Of a stretch of 64,000 bases of DNA, positions 1-9,333 are shown piece after piece (position 1 is the stretch's first letter; each line of letters begins with the position of its first letter). Source of the stretch: Spirochaetota bacterium. GTDB lineage: Bacteria > Spirochaetota > Spirochaetia > JABEVK01. The stretch is taken from positions 10,417-74,416 of the forward strand of contig JAIFLN010000005.1 of the NCBI GenBank assembly GCA_020049045.1, read 5' to 3'. The notes beneath the pieces are model-generated. The model had not been told where the DNA came from and searched no databases. It was given only the letters and a program-made list of their open reading frames with translations. Position numbers and translations under genes: made by a program.

Positions 1-1151
1 GCGTCTTGTTCCAATGATCCAGATTCTCTCAGGTCGGCCAAACCCGGCAGTTTTTTTTCTTCAGTGGCCCGGCTCAGCTGACTAAGTGCCACAACAGGAA
101 TTTTTAGTTCTCGAGCCAAAGCTTTAAGAGAACGTGAAATGTCAGAGACCTGCTCATGTCGAGGCATATTCGGATTCTCATGCCCAATCAAACTGATATA
201 ATCAACATACAAAATCTGAATATCGTTCTTCGCCTTCATTCTCCGAGCTTGAGCCCTTAGGTCAAGCAACTTCATATTAGGAGTGTCATCGATATAGAGT
301 GGGGCTTCGTAGATCTGTGGAATAATGTCACGAATACTAGTCAAATCAGCGGGTCGAATGAATCCATTACGGATTTTGCTCCAGTCCAACCGAGCCTCGG
401 CCGCTAGAATCCGGTCTACAAGGTCAAGGTCAGGCATTTCCAGGCTCAGAAAACCAACAGGAATTTTTTTGGTGATGGCCTGATAGCTGGCAAGGTTCAG
501 TGCAAAGGTAGTTTTTCCAATGGAAGGTCGAGCGGCAATAATGATGAACTCAGACTCATGGAAACCAGTAGTATCGCGGTCCAGGTCTTTGAACCCCGTA
601 GGTACACCAGTAACAAAATCTTTACTTTTGGAGTGGGCGATAATCCGCTCGACACTGAGGGAAACAATATCACCCACTTTTTTATAGTTATGGGTGGTTC
701 GCTCTTCAGCCAGCTCAAAGATCTTTTTTTCGGCTTCTTCAATCAAGAGCCGGCTTTCTATCGTCTCTTCGTAGGACTGGACAATCAACTTGCTCGAAAC
801 ATCGATGAGATTTCGGCGTACTGCCGAATTTTTTACAATTTGTGCATAGTATTCGGCATTTGCTGCAGAAGGAACCGACTCGGTCAGCTGCGCCAACATG
901 CTCATGCCGCCCACGAGATCCAAGCGCCCGGCTTTGCTCAACGCATTGCTCAGCGTCAGGACATCAACCTCATGTCCTTCAGTCGACATCGACAAAATAG
1001 CTTCAAAGATGGTTCTATGAGCTTGTTTATAGAAGTCGTTGGCCCTCAGAATGGGCACGACGACATCAATGGCCTCTTTAGAAAGAAGAAGGGCCCCCAA
1101 CACGGCCGACTCAGCGTCGAGGTTGTGAGGGGGAACCCGCTCCTTTCCCAT
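1..1151 (-). CDS. dnaB: Replicative DNA helicase DnaB, truncated by the window edge (N-terminus at 1151, C-terminal part outside the window)
   Basis: Reverse-strand translation gives MGKERVPPHNLDAESAVLGALLLSKEAIDVV at the N-terminus. Downstream it contains a Walker-type GKTTFALN motif and the typical DnaB C-terminal helicase sequence. It lies 4 nt downstream of the rplI stop, the classic rplI-dnaB arrangement. Confidence 0.85.
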   Translation of the reverse strand, partial: MGKERVPPHNLDAESAVLGALLLSKEAIDVVVPILRANDFYKQAHRTIFEAILSMSTEGHEVDVLTLSNALSKAGRLDLVGGMSMLAQLTESVPSAANAEYYAQIVKNSAVRRNLIDVSSKLIVQSYEETIESRLLIEEAEKKIFELAEERTTHNYKKVGDIVSLSVERIIAHSKSKDFVTGVPTGFKDLDRDTTGFHESEFIIIAARPSIGKTTFALNLASYQAITKKIPVGFLSLEMPDLDLVDRILAAEARLDWSKIRNGFIRPADLTSIRDIIPQIYEAPLYIDDTPNMKLLDLRAQARRMKAKNDIQILYVDYISLIGHENPNMPRHEQVSDISRSLKALARELKIPVVALSQLSRATEEKKLPGLADLRESGSLEQD

Positions 1152-1154
1152 ATA

Positions 1155-1610
1155 TCAGGCTTCCAAAGCCTTCACTTCAACCTTGATGGTCGCATACTCG
1201 CGGTCAAGAACCCGGATCTTCACGTCATACACGCCTACCAGCTTGATGGCATTGCCATGGATGCTGACATAGCGTTTGTCGATGGTCACACCGGCACTTT
1301 GCGCCAAATGATCTGCAACGACACCATTGGTGACGGCTCCAAAAAGCTTGCCATTATCACCAGCTGGCATGGAAATCACCAGATTCAAGCCTTGGAGCTT
1401 TTCTTTCAGGCTCAAAGCGGCTTTCTTCTTGTCTTCCTTGCGCGCTTCAATCTTTGCGGCACGTTGCTCGATCAGATTCAAGCCATGCTTGGAGAACAAT
1501 ACCGCGAAACCACGTGGCAGAAGGTAATTGCGTCCGTAACCATCGGCAACGGTCTTAACTTCACCCTCATCTCCCAGGTTTTCCACATCTTTCAGCAGAA
1601 TGATCTTCAT
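1155..1610 (-). CDS. rplI: 50S ribosomal protein L9
   Basis: An internal Met starts MKIILLKDVENLGDEGEVKTVADGYGRNYLLPRGFAV, a classic L9 N-domain. The ORF upstream of this Met is spurious in-frame read-through. Confidence 0.85.
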   Translation of the reverse strand: MKIILLKDVENLGDEGEVKTVADGYGRNYLLPRGFAVLFSKHGLNLIEQRAAKIEARKEDKKKAALSLKEKLQGLNLVISMPAGDNGKLFGAVTNGVVADHLAQSAGVTIDKRYVSIHGNAIKLVGVYDVKIRVLDREYATIKVEVKALEA

Positions 1611-2590
1611 AATCCCACCCCTTGCGTTCTTTTGCGAAAATTCACCCATAGTTCTAAAACCGCCAAGATCGGCAACCCTGCCAGAACAACAATCTGACCG
1701 TTCCCAGGAACCATCAGAAAGAAGATCAGCAGGACCCGGACCACACCCTGGCTGAAACGGGGCCAATGCCACCGATCCATCAAGGAATGAACGATACCCC
1801 ACCCCGCCAAAGCGTGGACTATCAGAGCCACCCAAGCCACATTCAACATGGCGTACTGAGCGATTCCCCATTCCCATTCCATCCCATTGCGAGCCAGCAA
1901 TCCCTGTACCAAGATCACTGCCCACAGCCCTAAAAGAATCCAGGCTCCCTGGGAAGGTACGAAGAAATCCTTCAGCGTCGATCGCTCTTCAACAGGAGCG
2001 AAAAGCCGGGTCACCCATGCTGTCGCTCCCCAGAAAAGGAAGAACAAAAGCAAAAAGCTGGCCAAAAAGGTCTTCTTCAGCAGGTCAAAGAACTCGGAGC
2101 GGTCCAGCTGTCCCATCAACCCCGAGGCATCCATCCCCGAGGTTTCGAACATCTGCTTCCAAACCTCACCGAAGGAAACCTCCAAGGCTCGGACGAAAAC
2201 TTCCTGCCGGAGCAGAGAAGCAATCAGCGGAAACAGAACCAAACCGGTGACGGCGGTCACCGCTAGAAGCCGGTACAAAAACCGCCAGCCCAGGCGTTCC
2301 ATCAAGACGATAGCCACCCAACCGGCGATCAACAAAAAGGGCAGTCCTAGCATCGCCGTGTCCAAACCAGTCCACGGAGAGTGCCTCAATGACTTGACTA
2401 CCGCCTCAACAGCCGCTATACCGACCGCCGTCGATATAGAAGCCAATAAGAAGGAACGTTCGCCTTGACGAAACTTGACCCACTGAAGCGGCACAAGGAA
2501 AAGAATTCCAACAACGCTCAGATGATAAGCAGCCACGGCTAAAACCGCCGACAGGGCCAATTGTGCTCTGTCTCGGTTTTCTTCCTTCAT
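1607..2590 (-). CDS. Polytopic membrane protein (DUF2232/YybS-like) inserted between rpsR and rplI
   Basis: Several hydrophobic helices. The ATG at 2590 (MKEENRDR) follows the rpsR stop, and there is a 4-nt overlap with the rplI start. Confidence 0.55.
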   Translation of the reverse strand: MKEENRDRAQLALSAVLAVAAYHLSVVGILFLVPLQWVKFRQGERSFLLASISTAVGIAAVEAVVKSLRHSPWTGLDTAMLGLPFLLIAGWVAIVLMERLGWRFLYRLLAVTAVTGLVLFPLIASLLRQEVFVRALEVSFGEVWKQMFETSGMDASGLMGQLDRSEFFDLLKKTFLASFLLLFFLFWGATAWVTRLFAPVEERSTLKDFFVPSQGAWILLGLWAVILVQGLLARNGMEWEWGIAQYAMLNVAWVALIVHALAGWGIVHSLMDRWHWPRFSQGVVRVLLIFFLMVPGNGQIVVLAGLPILAVLELWVNFRKRTQGVGL

Positions 2591-2601
2591 CACTTCCAAC
2601 C

Positions 2602-2928
2602 TCAGTTTTTTACGTATGGCAGAAGAGCCAAAACCCGAGCAATTTTCACTTGGCGAGCCAGCTTCCGCTGAAACTTAGCGCTTGTACCAGTGATGCGTCG
2701 GGGCAGAATCTTGCCCCGTTCCGTGATGAATTTCTGAAGAATATCCGTGCGCTTCCAGTCACAGGGCCACTTATGCACAGTGAACTTGCAGATCTTCTTC
2801 TTGAAATAGACCTTGCCGCGACGGGCACCACGGTCGCCGCCATCTCGGCGATCGCCGCCGTCTCCGGGACGAGTGGCTCCCTTATCCAGGGATTCTTCCA
2901 ACTCTTTTTGTTCGTTCTCAAAAGACAT
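2602..2928 (-). CDS. rpsR: 30S ribosomal protein S18
   Basis: C-terminal ...[26 protein letters not shown] is the S18 signature. A GGAGGGG ribosome-binding site precedes the ATG. Confidence 0.85.
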   Translation of the reverse strand: MSFENEQKELEESLDKGATRPGDGGDRRDGGDRGARRGKVYFKKKICKFTVHKWPCDWKRTDILQKFITERGKILPRRITGTSAKFQRKLARQVKIARVLALLPYVKN

Positions 2929-2949
2929 GCTTTCCCCTCCTCGAGGTGA

Positions 2950-3420
2950 TTAAAACGGAATGTCGTCTTCGTAGGCTTGGGGATCGAAATCATCAGCCGC
3001 CGGCTTTTGTGCTGGAGACTTTTCAGGGGAGCGAGCCGGGGCAGAGTAACCAGATTCAGTGCCTCTTCCTTCACTGGAACCACCGCCGCTTCGGCCTGAG
3101 CCCAACAATTGCAGATTGTTGACAAACACCTGAATCTTGCTGAACTTTTGGCCGTCTTTTTCCCACCGATCCTGACGCAGTTCGCCCTGCACCGCCACTT
3201 GAGTCCCCTTAACGAGGTATTTATTCAAGTTTTCAGCCTGTTTTTCCCAGAGGGTCAGGTCGAAAAAACTAGCCTCATCGGTCCACTGATCCCCTTTCTT
3301 GGCACGACGGTTAACCGCCACCGAAAAGTTGCAGAGAGCAGAACCCGAGGCTGTGTAGCGAAGCTCGGCATCGCGTGTGACGCGTCCGACCAGGATGACT
3401 TGATTGATATCGCCTGCCAT
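2950..3420 (-). CDS. ssb: Single-stranded DNA-binding protein
   Basis: OB-fold N-terminus (MAGDINQVILVGRVTRDAELRYTASG), a Gly-rich linker and the acidic C-terminal tail DDIPF. Confidence 0.9.
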   Translation of the reverse strand: MAGDINQVILVGRVTRDAELRYTASGSALCNFSVAVNRRAKKGDQWTDEASFFDLTLWEKQAENLNKYLVKGTQVAVQGELRQDRWEKDGQKFSKIQVFVNNLQLLGSGRSGGGSSEGRGTESGYSAPARSPEKSPAQKPAADDFDPQAYEDDIPF

Positions 3421-3433
3421 GACTAACCTGCCG

Positions 3434-3715
3434 TCAGGCTTCCTGTACGATAAACAGGAATTTCAGGATTTCGGTCTGGAGCTTGAAGCTCTTGTCGATT
3501 TCAGACACCTTGGATGGGTCAAATTCGACATTGAACAGAATATAATGGCCCCGATCTTGCTTCTTGATCGGATACGCCAAATTCCGTTCGCCCATATCTT
3601 CTTCTTTGACGATATTGGCGCCGTTGGCTTTGAGTTCGTTCCGGACGAAATCCAGACCCTTGGTAAAGTGGTCGTTTTCGTGCCGGAAGATGAACACGAC
3701 TTCGTAAGTGCGCAT
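3434..3715 (-). CDS. rpsF: 30S ribosomal protein S6
   Basis: An internal Met (MRTYEVVFIFRHENDH...) is preceded by GGAGG. The length and sequence are typical for S6, and it is the first gene of an rpsF-ssb-rpsR operon. Confidence 0.85.
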   Translation of the reverse strand: MRTYEVVFIFRHENDHFTKGLDFVRNELKANGANIVKEEDMGERNLAYPIKKQDRGHYILFNVEFDPSKVSEIDKSFKLQTEILKFLFIVQEA

Positions 3716-3810
3716 TGGTCCTCCTTGCGGACTATCGATCCGGTCCCTATAGGCCGGATAAAGAGGCGTTGCCAAACTATCACACCTATGGTTTACTGTC
3801 AATTCGGACT

Positions 3811-4275
3811 ATGAAAAGCAAGATCCACTACGAAGAAGACTTATTTTTCCTCAACCTTCAAATGAAATGGGTGCGTGAGGGTCTGCAATTGCAGGTCGAT
3901 GCCGATTATTTTCAGGACAAAATCCTAGCTGATATCCGGTTTCTTGACGCCACGCTCGATAAAATTCTTTCCACCTTGAAAGAAAATGCCAGTCTGATCC
4001 ATCGGGCAGAATACCTCTACAACCTGGTTAAAGTGGAAGGCACATTTCTTGAGCTTCTCAATGATGTCCTGGGTGGCACTGGAGATATCCGTGAGGCATT
4101 GATTCCATACCGTAATGAATTCCTTCAGCGCCGGGAAAGCCATGAAGCTGACATCCAAGAAATTCGTACTCTCTTAAGGGTTGTAAGCCAAGAAGAAGAG
4201 CGTGAGGACGTCATCACCTCCGATGAATTGTCACTTCTCACCCGCCCAGACTCGGAACCTTCGGGAAAGAACTGA
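3811..4275 (+). CDS. Hypothetical protein, about 154 aa
   Basis: ORF with an internal Met MKSKIHYEED. No family recognised. Its 3' end overlaps the convergent HAD hydrolase gene. Confidence 0.4.
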   Translation: MKSKIHYEEDLFFLNLQMKWVREGLQLQVDADYFQDKILADIRFLDATLDKILSTLKENASLIHRAEYLYNLVKVEGTFLELLNDVLGGTGDIREALIPYRNEFLQRRESHEADIQEIRTLLRVVSQEEEREDVITSDELSLLTRPDSEPSGKN

Positions 4276-4996
4276 TCAAAGCGACAGCTTGAGCCAAACT
4301 CAAGCCGTCGATAGCCATTTGTGCAGCGGTTGGTGAAATGTACCCCCATAGAGCCAAATAACATTGACAATTGGGGTGTCCAAAGTCGAGATGGTCGATC
4401 TGATCATCAATGAGGACTGATGGGCGGCTACCGGCGATTTCGGCGATAATCTCGAGTTTTTTTCGAACTCCTGTATAGAGCGTTCGATCCAGAGGCCAGG
4501 ACACACCGTGATGAGCCAAGATTTCTACGATAAATTCGGCTTTTTTTGTCGAGAGGATCCAGACCGAGGGGTTGTTGACCTGGGCTTTCAGGGCTTGCCC
4601 GATTCCCTGGTAGAGGGGGTTCCAGGAAAGCCATCGGGTGTGGTGCTTCTCAAGTAGACCATCACGCACAGCGTAGAGCCTTTTCTTGAGTTCGGCCAAA
4701 ACGACGGGACCTTTCACCGCCAAGGTTGCATCAAAGGCATCCTGATCAGAGGGGACGGAGCCACGCCCAGCCCATTCATGGACCACAAGGTAGTCTTCAC
4801 CCGAACGAATAAAGGGACGGCAGGCGTCAAACCTGGCTCTATAGGCCTGATCGAACGGAGGATCGGGCGGGGTCTCACCGGTGATGCAAATACCGGCGCC
4901 AGTCAGCCAACTGGACCGGTAACACTCTTCCAGGGAATCACAAAGCACTCCGTCAAAATCGAGGAAAAGCAGCTCGGCAAGGGGGCTGGAACGCAT
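4238..4996 (-). CDS. HAD-superfamily hydrolase
   Basis: N-terminal motif I LFLDFDGVLCDS (DxDGxxxDS). Confidence 0.7.
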   Translation of the reverse strand: MRSSPLAELLFLDFDGVLCDSLEECYRSSWLTGAGICITGETPPDPPFDQAYRARFDACRPFIRSGEDYLVVHEWAGRGSVPSDQDAFDATLAVKGPVVLAELKKRLYAVRDGLLEKHHTRWLSWNPLYQGIGQALKAQVNNPSVWILSTKKAEFIVEILAHHGVSWPLDRTLYTGVRKKLEIIAEIAGSRPSVLIDDQIDHLDFGHPNCQCYLALWGYISPTAAQMAIDGLSLAQAVALISSFPKVPSLGG

Positions 4997-5031
4997 TGCG
5001 AAAAACCTCACTTCATCGTATTCTACACCGT

Positions 5032-6105
5032 ATGAAGACGCATTGGCTGAAAGATATCGACAAAAAATACCGTAACCTCATCCTCGTGGGTGACGTCGGT
5101 GGAACCAATACCAACCTAGGAGTTGCCGGTGAATGGAACGGCAAGGTCGACCTTCTTCTCGAGGTGGTGTTCGACAGTGCCACCGTCACGCAGTTTACTT
5201 CTTGTGTCAAAAAGACGATGGAGATAGCGAGGGAAAGCCACCCCAACATTTTTTTCAATCTGTGTTGTATCTCAGGTGCCGGACCCGTCAAAGACAACTT
5301 CTGCAAAATGACCAACCAGAACTGGGTTATTGATGGCAACGAGATTCAACAGACGCTGGGAGTGCCCACACTGATTATCAACGACTTTTCAGCTATCAGT
5401 TTCGGCTTGCCTCTGCTTGATGTTAATGACCCTGCACAGGTGGAGATTCTGCGTCGTCCCGATGGTTCAACGCCTGAGCCTCAAGGCGACCTGAGAGCTG
5501 TTGTAGGTGCCGGAACTGGCCTGGGAGTCGGCTTTTTAGCAAAGATGGGTGACCGGTGGCGGGCCTTTCCCAGTGAGGGAGGCCACATGGATTTTGCCGA
5601 TTTCGATGAAGATACCAAGGGTTTCAAAGCCTGGATCATGGAAAGCATCGATCTGGTTCCCGAATACGAAATGTGCATTTCAGGAATGGGAATCAAGAAT
5701 GTCTTTTACTATTTTTTGGAAAAGGGTGTTTTAAAAAAAGAGGATCCGACGGTCATATCGATCCTCAGGGAAGCCGATGCCAACAAACCAGCCGCCATCA
5801 GCAAAAATGCGGCCAACCACGAGGGTTGCCAGCGGGTCATGATCACCTTTGTAAAGATGTACGCCCGGTTCGCTTCCAGTGTGGCGAGCTTCCTCCTGCC
5901 CAAAGGGGGATTCTACCTGGCAGGGGGCATTTCGGGCAAAAATCTGGAGTTCTTTCTAAAAGACAGTTTGTTTGTGAGAACTTTTGAGCAGCACTGCAAT
6001 CCCAACATTTACCGGGTTCTTCAGGAAATTCCGCTGTACGTCATCAAGGACTATTCCATAAGCCTCTATGGAGCCGCAAATGCCGCTCTGTCTTTGATGG
6101 TGTGA
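5032..6105 (+). CDS. glk: Glucokinase (Glk/ROK-type)
   Basis: LILVGDVGGTNTNLGV matches the Glk ATP-binding N-terminus (E. coli LVGDVGGTNARFAL). The length is about 357 aa. Confidence 0.7.
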   Translation: MKTHWLKDIDKKYRNLILVGDVGGTNTNLGVAGEWNGKVDLLLEVVFDSATVTQFTSCVKKTMEIARESHPNIFFNLCCISGAGPVKDNFCKMTNQNWVIDGNEIQQTLGVPTLIINDFSAISFGLPLLDVNDPAQVEILRRPDGSTPEPQGDLRAVVGAGTGLGVGFLAKMGDRWRAFPSEGGHMDFADFDEDTKGFKAWIMESIDLVPEYEMCISGMGIKNVFYYFLEKGVLKKEDPTVISILREADANKPAAISKNAANHEGCQRVMITFVKMYARFASSVASFLLPKGGFYLAGGISGKNLEFFLKDSLFVRTFEQHCNPNIYRVLQEIPLYVIKDYSISLYGAANAALSLMV

Positions 6106-6109
6106 GGCG

Positions 6110-7681
6110 ATGACTGAGGCGGATCTTCGTGCCCGGTTTGCAGAAGTCGGGGCTGATTGGGAATTGTCACAGTCGATTCTGACGCGATTGAATGACGGAA
6201 CTCTCAATCCCCCGGCAGTGATGGTGGCAGAGTTTCCACCCCTTGATGGAAAACAGATTCTCGATTTGAGGGGAGACGGCCCTTGGTCAGTTTCCCGGAG
6301 CAAGGCAGAGATTGCATTGCTCCAGCTGTTTCCCGAGGAGGATCCTGGTGTGATCCTGGGAAAGAATACGGGTCAAACTGTCCTATTGGATGGCCCTACC
6401 TTAGAGTCGTTTGGTTTGCGCCTCAGCCAGATCACGGCTTTCGGAATACTCAACGGCGGTATGGCGACCAGTTACACGGATACGAAAAAAAACCAGGCAC
6501 TTGGGGCCGGGTTGTATTCCATTTACAAAAATGACTTGGAGCAAATGGCAATGCAGAATGAAGGCCTTCCCAAAGGCCTCACTCCTGCTTTTGTGCAAGA
6601 AGACGGGTCACCCGGACCAACCTATCTGGAATTGAAGATTCGAGTACTCTGTCAAATCAATCTGGCGGCAAAAAAGGCCGGTTTTTCCGGTCCAGGCTTG
6701 CAGTTATTTCAGATGACAAGCCATAGTACTCAAGAAAAACTGAAACAGGCGCTCGCGAGTTACGAAAGCATACCCTCTCTGGTCGATCTGTTGCCCCACT
6801 CCCCTGGTTTCCTCAACCAGACCCCTACGGCCATCCAGAACTTGGTTGGAACCTTTACCAGCGGAAAAGATGGGCATCCCCGAAAATTTTTTACCATAAA
6901 GAAGGATGGGCGTGAACTGCCGTATGCCCTTCCAGGTGGTCATGGACAAAATTTCAGAGTACTGAGGACCGTCTACACCAATCTTCAAAAGGCTGGATAC
7001 CGCTATGCCTATTTGGGGAATGTTGACAACTTGGGTTACTTACCCAGTCTCAAGGGAATGGCATTGCTGGCTCTGTCTGGAGCGCCAGCCGCGTTTGATT
7101 TTGCTTTCAAAACCCCTGTCGATGTCAAAGGTGGTGTTTTGTATCGCGAGCTCTCTGGCAATCTCAACTGTGCCGATATTGGTGTCGCCATTCGAGCCGA
7201 TCAGGTTGCCGCTGCAGAGAAAAGTGGAACTCCTGTCCTGTTCAATTGCGCCACAGGACTGTTTGATCTCAATCGACTCATTGCAGACCTCGATAGAATA
7301 ACAGCAGTTTTGCCAGTGAGGCTGAGTGACCAGGACAAGGATGTTGGCCGCTACACTCAAGCAGAGCAGGTTACGTGGGAGGTGATTGGACTGTTGGACC
7401 ACCCGCTGATCTTCGGCATTGAAAAAAGCCAACGCTTTCTTGCGGCCAAGCTGTTGATCGACTGTCTCCTTACCAGTGGCCTTCATTGGGACGATCCCCG
7501 CTTTGATCAGCCCGACCTTGCTCCCTTTCGTGCATTATCTGCGGGGCTCAATGCAGGCCTCACCGCATTGCTGGAGGGACCCTTTGGGTACAGGGCAGAA
7601 GGCAAGCATTGGATACCGCTGTCAGAACCAGAGATTTCCCGGCGGATCACCGCCGGAGGATGGAGCTTTCTTTCAGTATAG
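6110..7681 (+). CDS. UDPGP-family nucleotide-sugar pyrophosphorylase (eukaryotic-type UTP--hexose-1-phosphate uridylyltransferase-like)
   Basis: FGILNGGMATSYTD resembles the LNGGLGTSMG motif of UDP-glucose / UDP-sugar pyrophosphorylases. A later PGGHGQNF resembles their GHGD motif. It is translationally coupled to glk, with a GAGG ribosome-binding site. Confidence 0.4.
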   Translation: MTEADLRARFAEVGADWELSQSILTRLNDGTLNPPAVMVAEFPPLDGKQILDLRGDGPWSVSRSKAEIALLQLFPEEDPGVILGKNTGQTVLLDGPTLESFGLRLSQITAFGILNGGMATSYTDTKKNQALGAGLYSIYKNDLEQMAMQNEGLPKGLTPAFVQEDGSPGPTYLELKIRVLCQINLAAKKAGFSGPGLQLFQMTSHSTQEKLKQALASYESIPSLVDLLPHSPGFLNQTPTAIQNLVGTFTSGKDGHPRKFFTIKKDGRELPYALPGGHGQNFRVLRTVYTNLQKAGYRYAYLGNVDNLGYLPSLKGMALLALSGAPAAFDFAFKTPVDVKGGVLYRELSGNLNCADIGVAIRADQVAAAEKSGTPVLFNCATGLFDLNRLIADLDRITAVLPVRLSDQDKDVGRYTQAEQVTWEVIGLLDHPLIFGIEKSQRFLAAKLLIDCLLTSGLHWDDPRFDQPDLAPFRALSAGLNAGLTALLEGPFGYRAEGKHWIPLSEPEISRRITAGGWSFLSV

Positions 7682-7691
7682 GGCGATGATT

Positions 7692-9170
7692 CTACTCCAC
7701 CCGGTCTTCTGTATCGAACACGACTTTGCCGAGTGCTAACTTGGAAAGATCAGTCTTTCTGCGTGTTTCCTCCATATCCGCCATTTCTCTCCCGAGATCA
7801 GGAATCGAATATACGAGGGGCTCAGAGCCTTTGACTTCCAGGGACCGATCTCCAGCTAGATCACGCAAGAGAACTTCTTTCAGAGCCTCCCGTTCAGGCC
7901 CAGGCTTGCCGGGGGCGTTGCGTTCATCATCAGGCTGAATCTGATCCAAACGTATCTCGGTCGGTGCCGCAAAAACAAAGTTGATAAGCTTTCGTCGAAG
8001 GTTGTTAGTCTTGATGCCAAGGTTTTTGATTCCTTCTTTCCAGCGGCGTACAAGGGGAATACCAAAAAAGAACCCGGAATACAGCGCTGGGACAACTCCT
8101 AGGATTCCAGTAACCCAGGCATTGGCCGCATTGACACCAAGATCACTCAGTGCGGATACGCCAGCGACCGTCAGCAAATAGACGATACCAAGATTGTCAC
8201 CGACATTCCGAACCGCTTCAAAGCCCTGCATTCCAAAGGCTATAAAGTACGTACCGAAAACTAAGTTGAAGGCATTCAGACCAATAATCCAATTGTTCGT
8301 CTTAGGGGGATTATTGCTAAAGGGAATCAGCTCTTGGTCGGGCAGTTGGTATGCCCGACCAGATTCCAGGGATGTCTTCATCAGCTCCGGAAAGTAAAAA
8401 TGAAGCGTTCCAGCGTCACTAACTCTCGGTTCTCCCTCGTATTCGAGCATAATCCGACTGACAAAAATGTCCGCGTCTTGCCGGCTTTTTCCAGTCAGAG
8501 CCATCAGTTCTTCCAGGCTGATGGAGCCCTTATTCCTTCTGACAAAGCTGATCACAGCTTTTCGTTCCATTTTGCCACGAACTTCAGGTCGTTCCTCAGA
8601 CCCAAAAACGAACTCAAAAACCGCCTTATGGAACGGCTTTTTACGGCCTACCTGGCGGTCTCTGGGCTCACCGGAATAGAGCCAGAGTAGAACAAAGAAC
8701 TCGAAAACCCGGGTCACCATATAAAAACCCATGATGCCCCCACCGGAATCGCCGTGGTCGTCATCACCGCGTTTGGCGAAACTCAGTGCAATGGAAATGA
8801 CAAGGGCGGCGATCAGGATGAACACAAACAGAGCAAAATATCCTACCAGCATGACCATAATCCAGACCTTGAAAAGAGCTGCCAGGACCTTGCCGAGACC
8901 CTGCAGAAATTTCTTTCCAAGGCTTTTTTCGGGGTTGGTCAGACCCAACGGAAACTTGTAAAGAATTTCGCCGCTTTCTGTAACAGCCATTTGCCCCCGG
9001 CATTCGGCAACAACCGCAGGTAGCACAGTCTCAACCTGGTACTTTGGGAGACCGGAGACCCCTACGACATCGGCGACCGTACCCCTGTTGCTTTGCCGCC
9101 GAAATGCCGAGGCAACTTGATCGCGCACTTGGTCAAAAGGGAAATCGTAGACTTTCTTGGTAGTTTCCAT
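7692..9170 (-). CDS. Hypothetical polytopic membrane protein (492 aa)
   Basis: Long ORF with multiple hydrophobic segments and no recognisable catalytic motif. Confidence 0.5.
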   Translation of the reverse strand: METTKKVYDFPFDQVRDQVASAFRRQSNRGTVADVVGVSGLPKYQVETVLPAVVAECRGQMAVTESGEILYKFPLGLTNPEKSLGKKFLQGLGKVLAALFKVWIMVMLVGYFALFVFILIAALVISIALSFAKRGDDDHGDSGGGIMGFYMVTRVFEFFVLLWLYSGEPRDRQVGRKKPFHKAVFEFVFGSEERPEVRGKMERKAVISFVRRNKGSISLEELMALTGKSRQDADIFVSRIMLEYEGEPRVSDAGTLHFYFPELMKTSLESGRAYQLPDQELIPFSNNPPKTNNWIIGLNAFNLVFGTYFIAFGMQGFEAVRNVGDNLGIVYLLTVAGVSALSDLGVNAANAWVTGILGVVPALYSGFFFGIPLVRRWKEGIKNLGIKTNNLRRKLINFVFAAPTEIRLDQIQPDDERNAPGKPGPEREALKEVLLRDLAGDRSLEVKGSEPLVYSIPDLGREMADMEETRRKTDLSKLALGKVVFDTEDRVE

Positions 9171-9215
9171 GCAATCAAAGTAGCGTGTTTGAGAGGGTTT
9201 GAAAAGCCGTATGTC

Positions 9216-9245
9216 TTGACAGATAGGTTAGGTTTCGGATAGATT
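9216..9245 (+). promoter_or_regulatory. Sigma-70-like promoter for tRNA-Gly
   Basis: TTGACA, an 18-nt spacer, then TAGATT, ending about 11 nt upstream of the mature tRNA 5' end. Confidence 0.45.
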
Positions 9246-9255
9246 CTTTTTGCTC

Positions 9256-9327
<72 letters not shown>

Positions 9328-9333
9328 TTTTTT

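Noticed and set aside
558-1697. 379-aa plus-strand ORF
   Set aside because: Antisense to the well-supported dnaB and rplI genes. Low-complexity translation with no motifs.
1887-2468. 193-aa plus-strand ORF rich in Arg, Ser and Lys
   Set aside because: Antisense shadow of the membrane-protein gene. Its composition is typical of wrong-frame translation.
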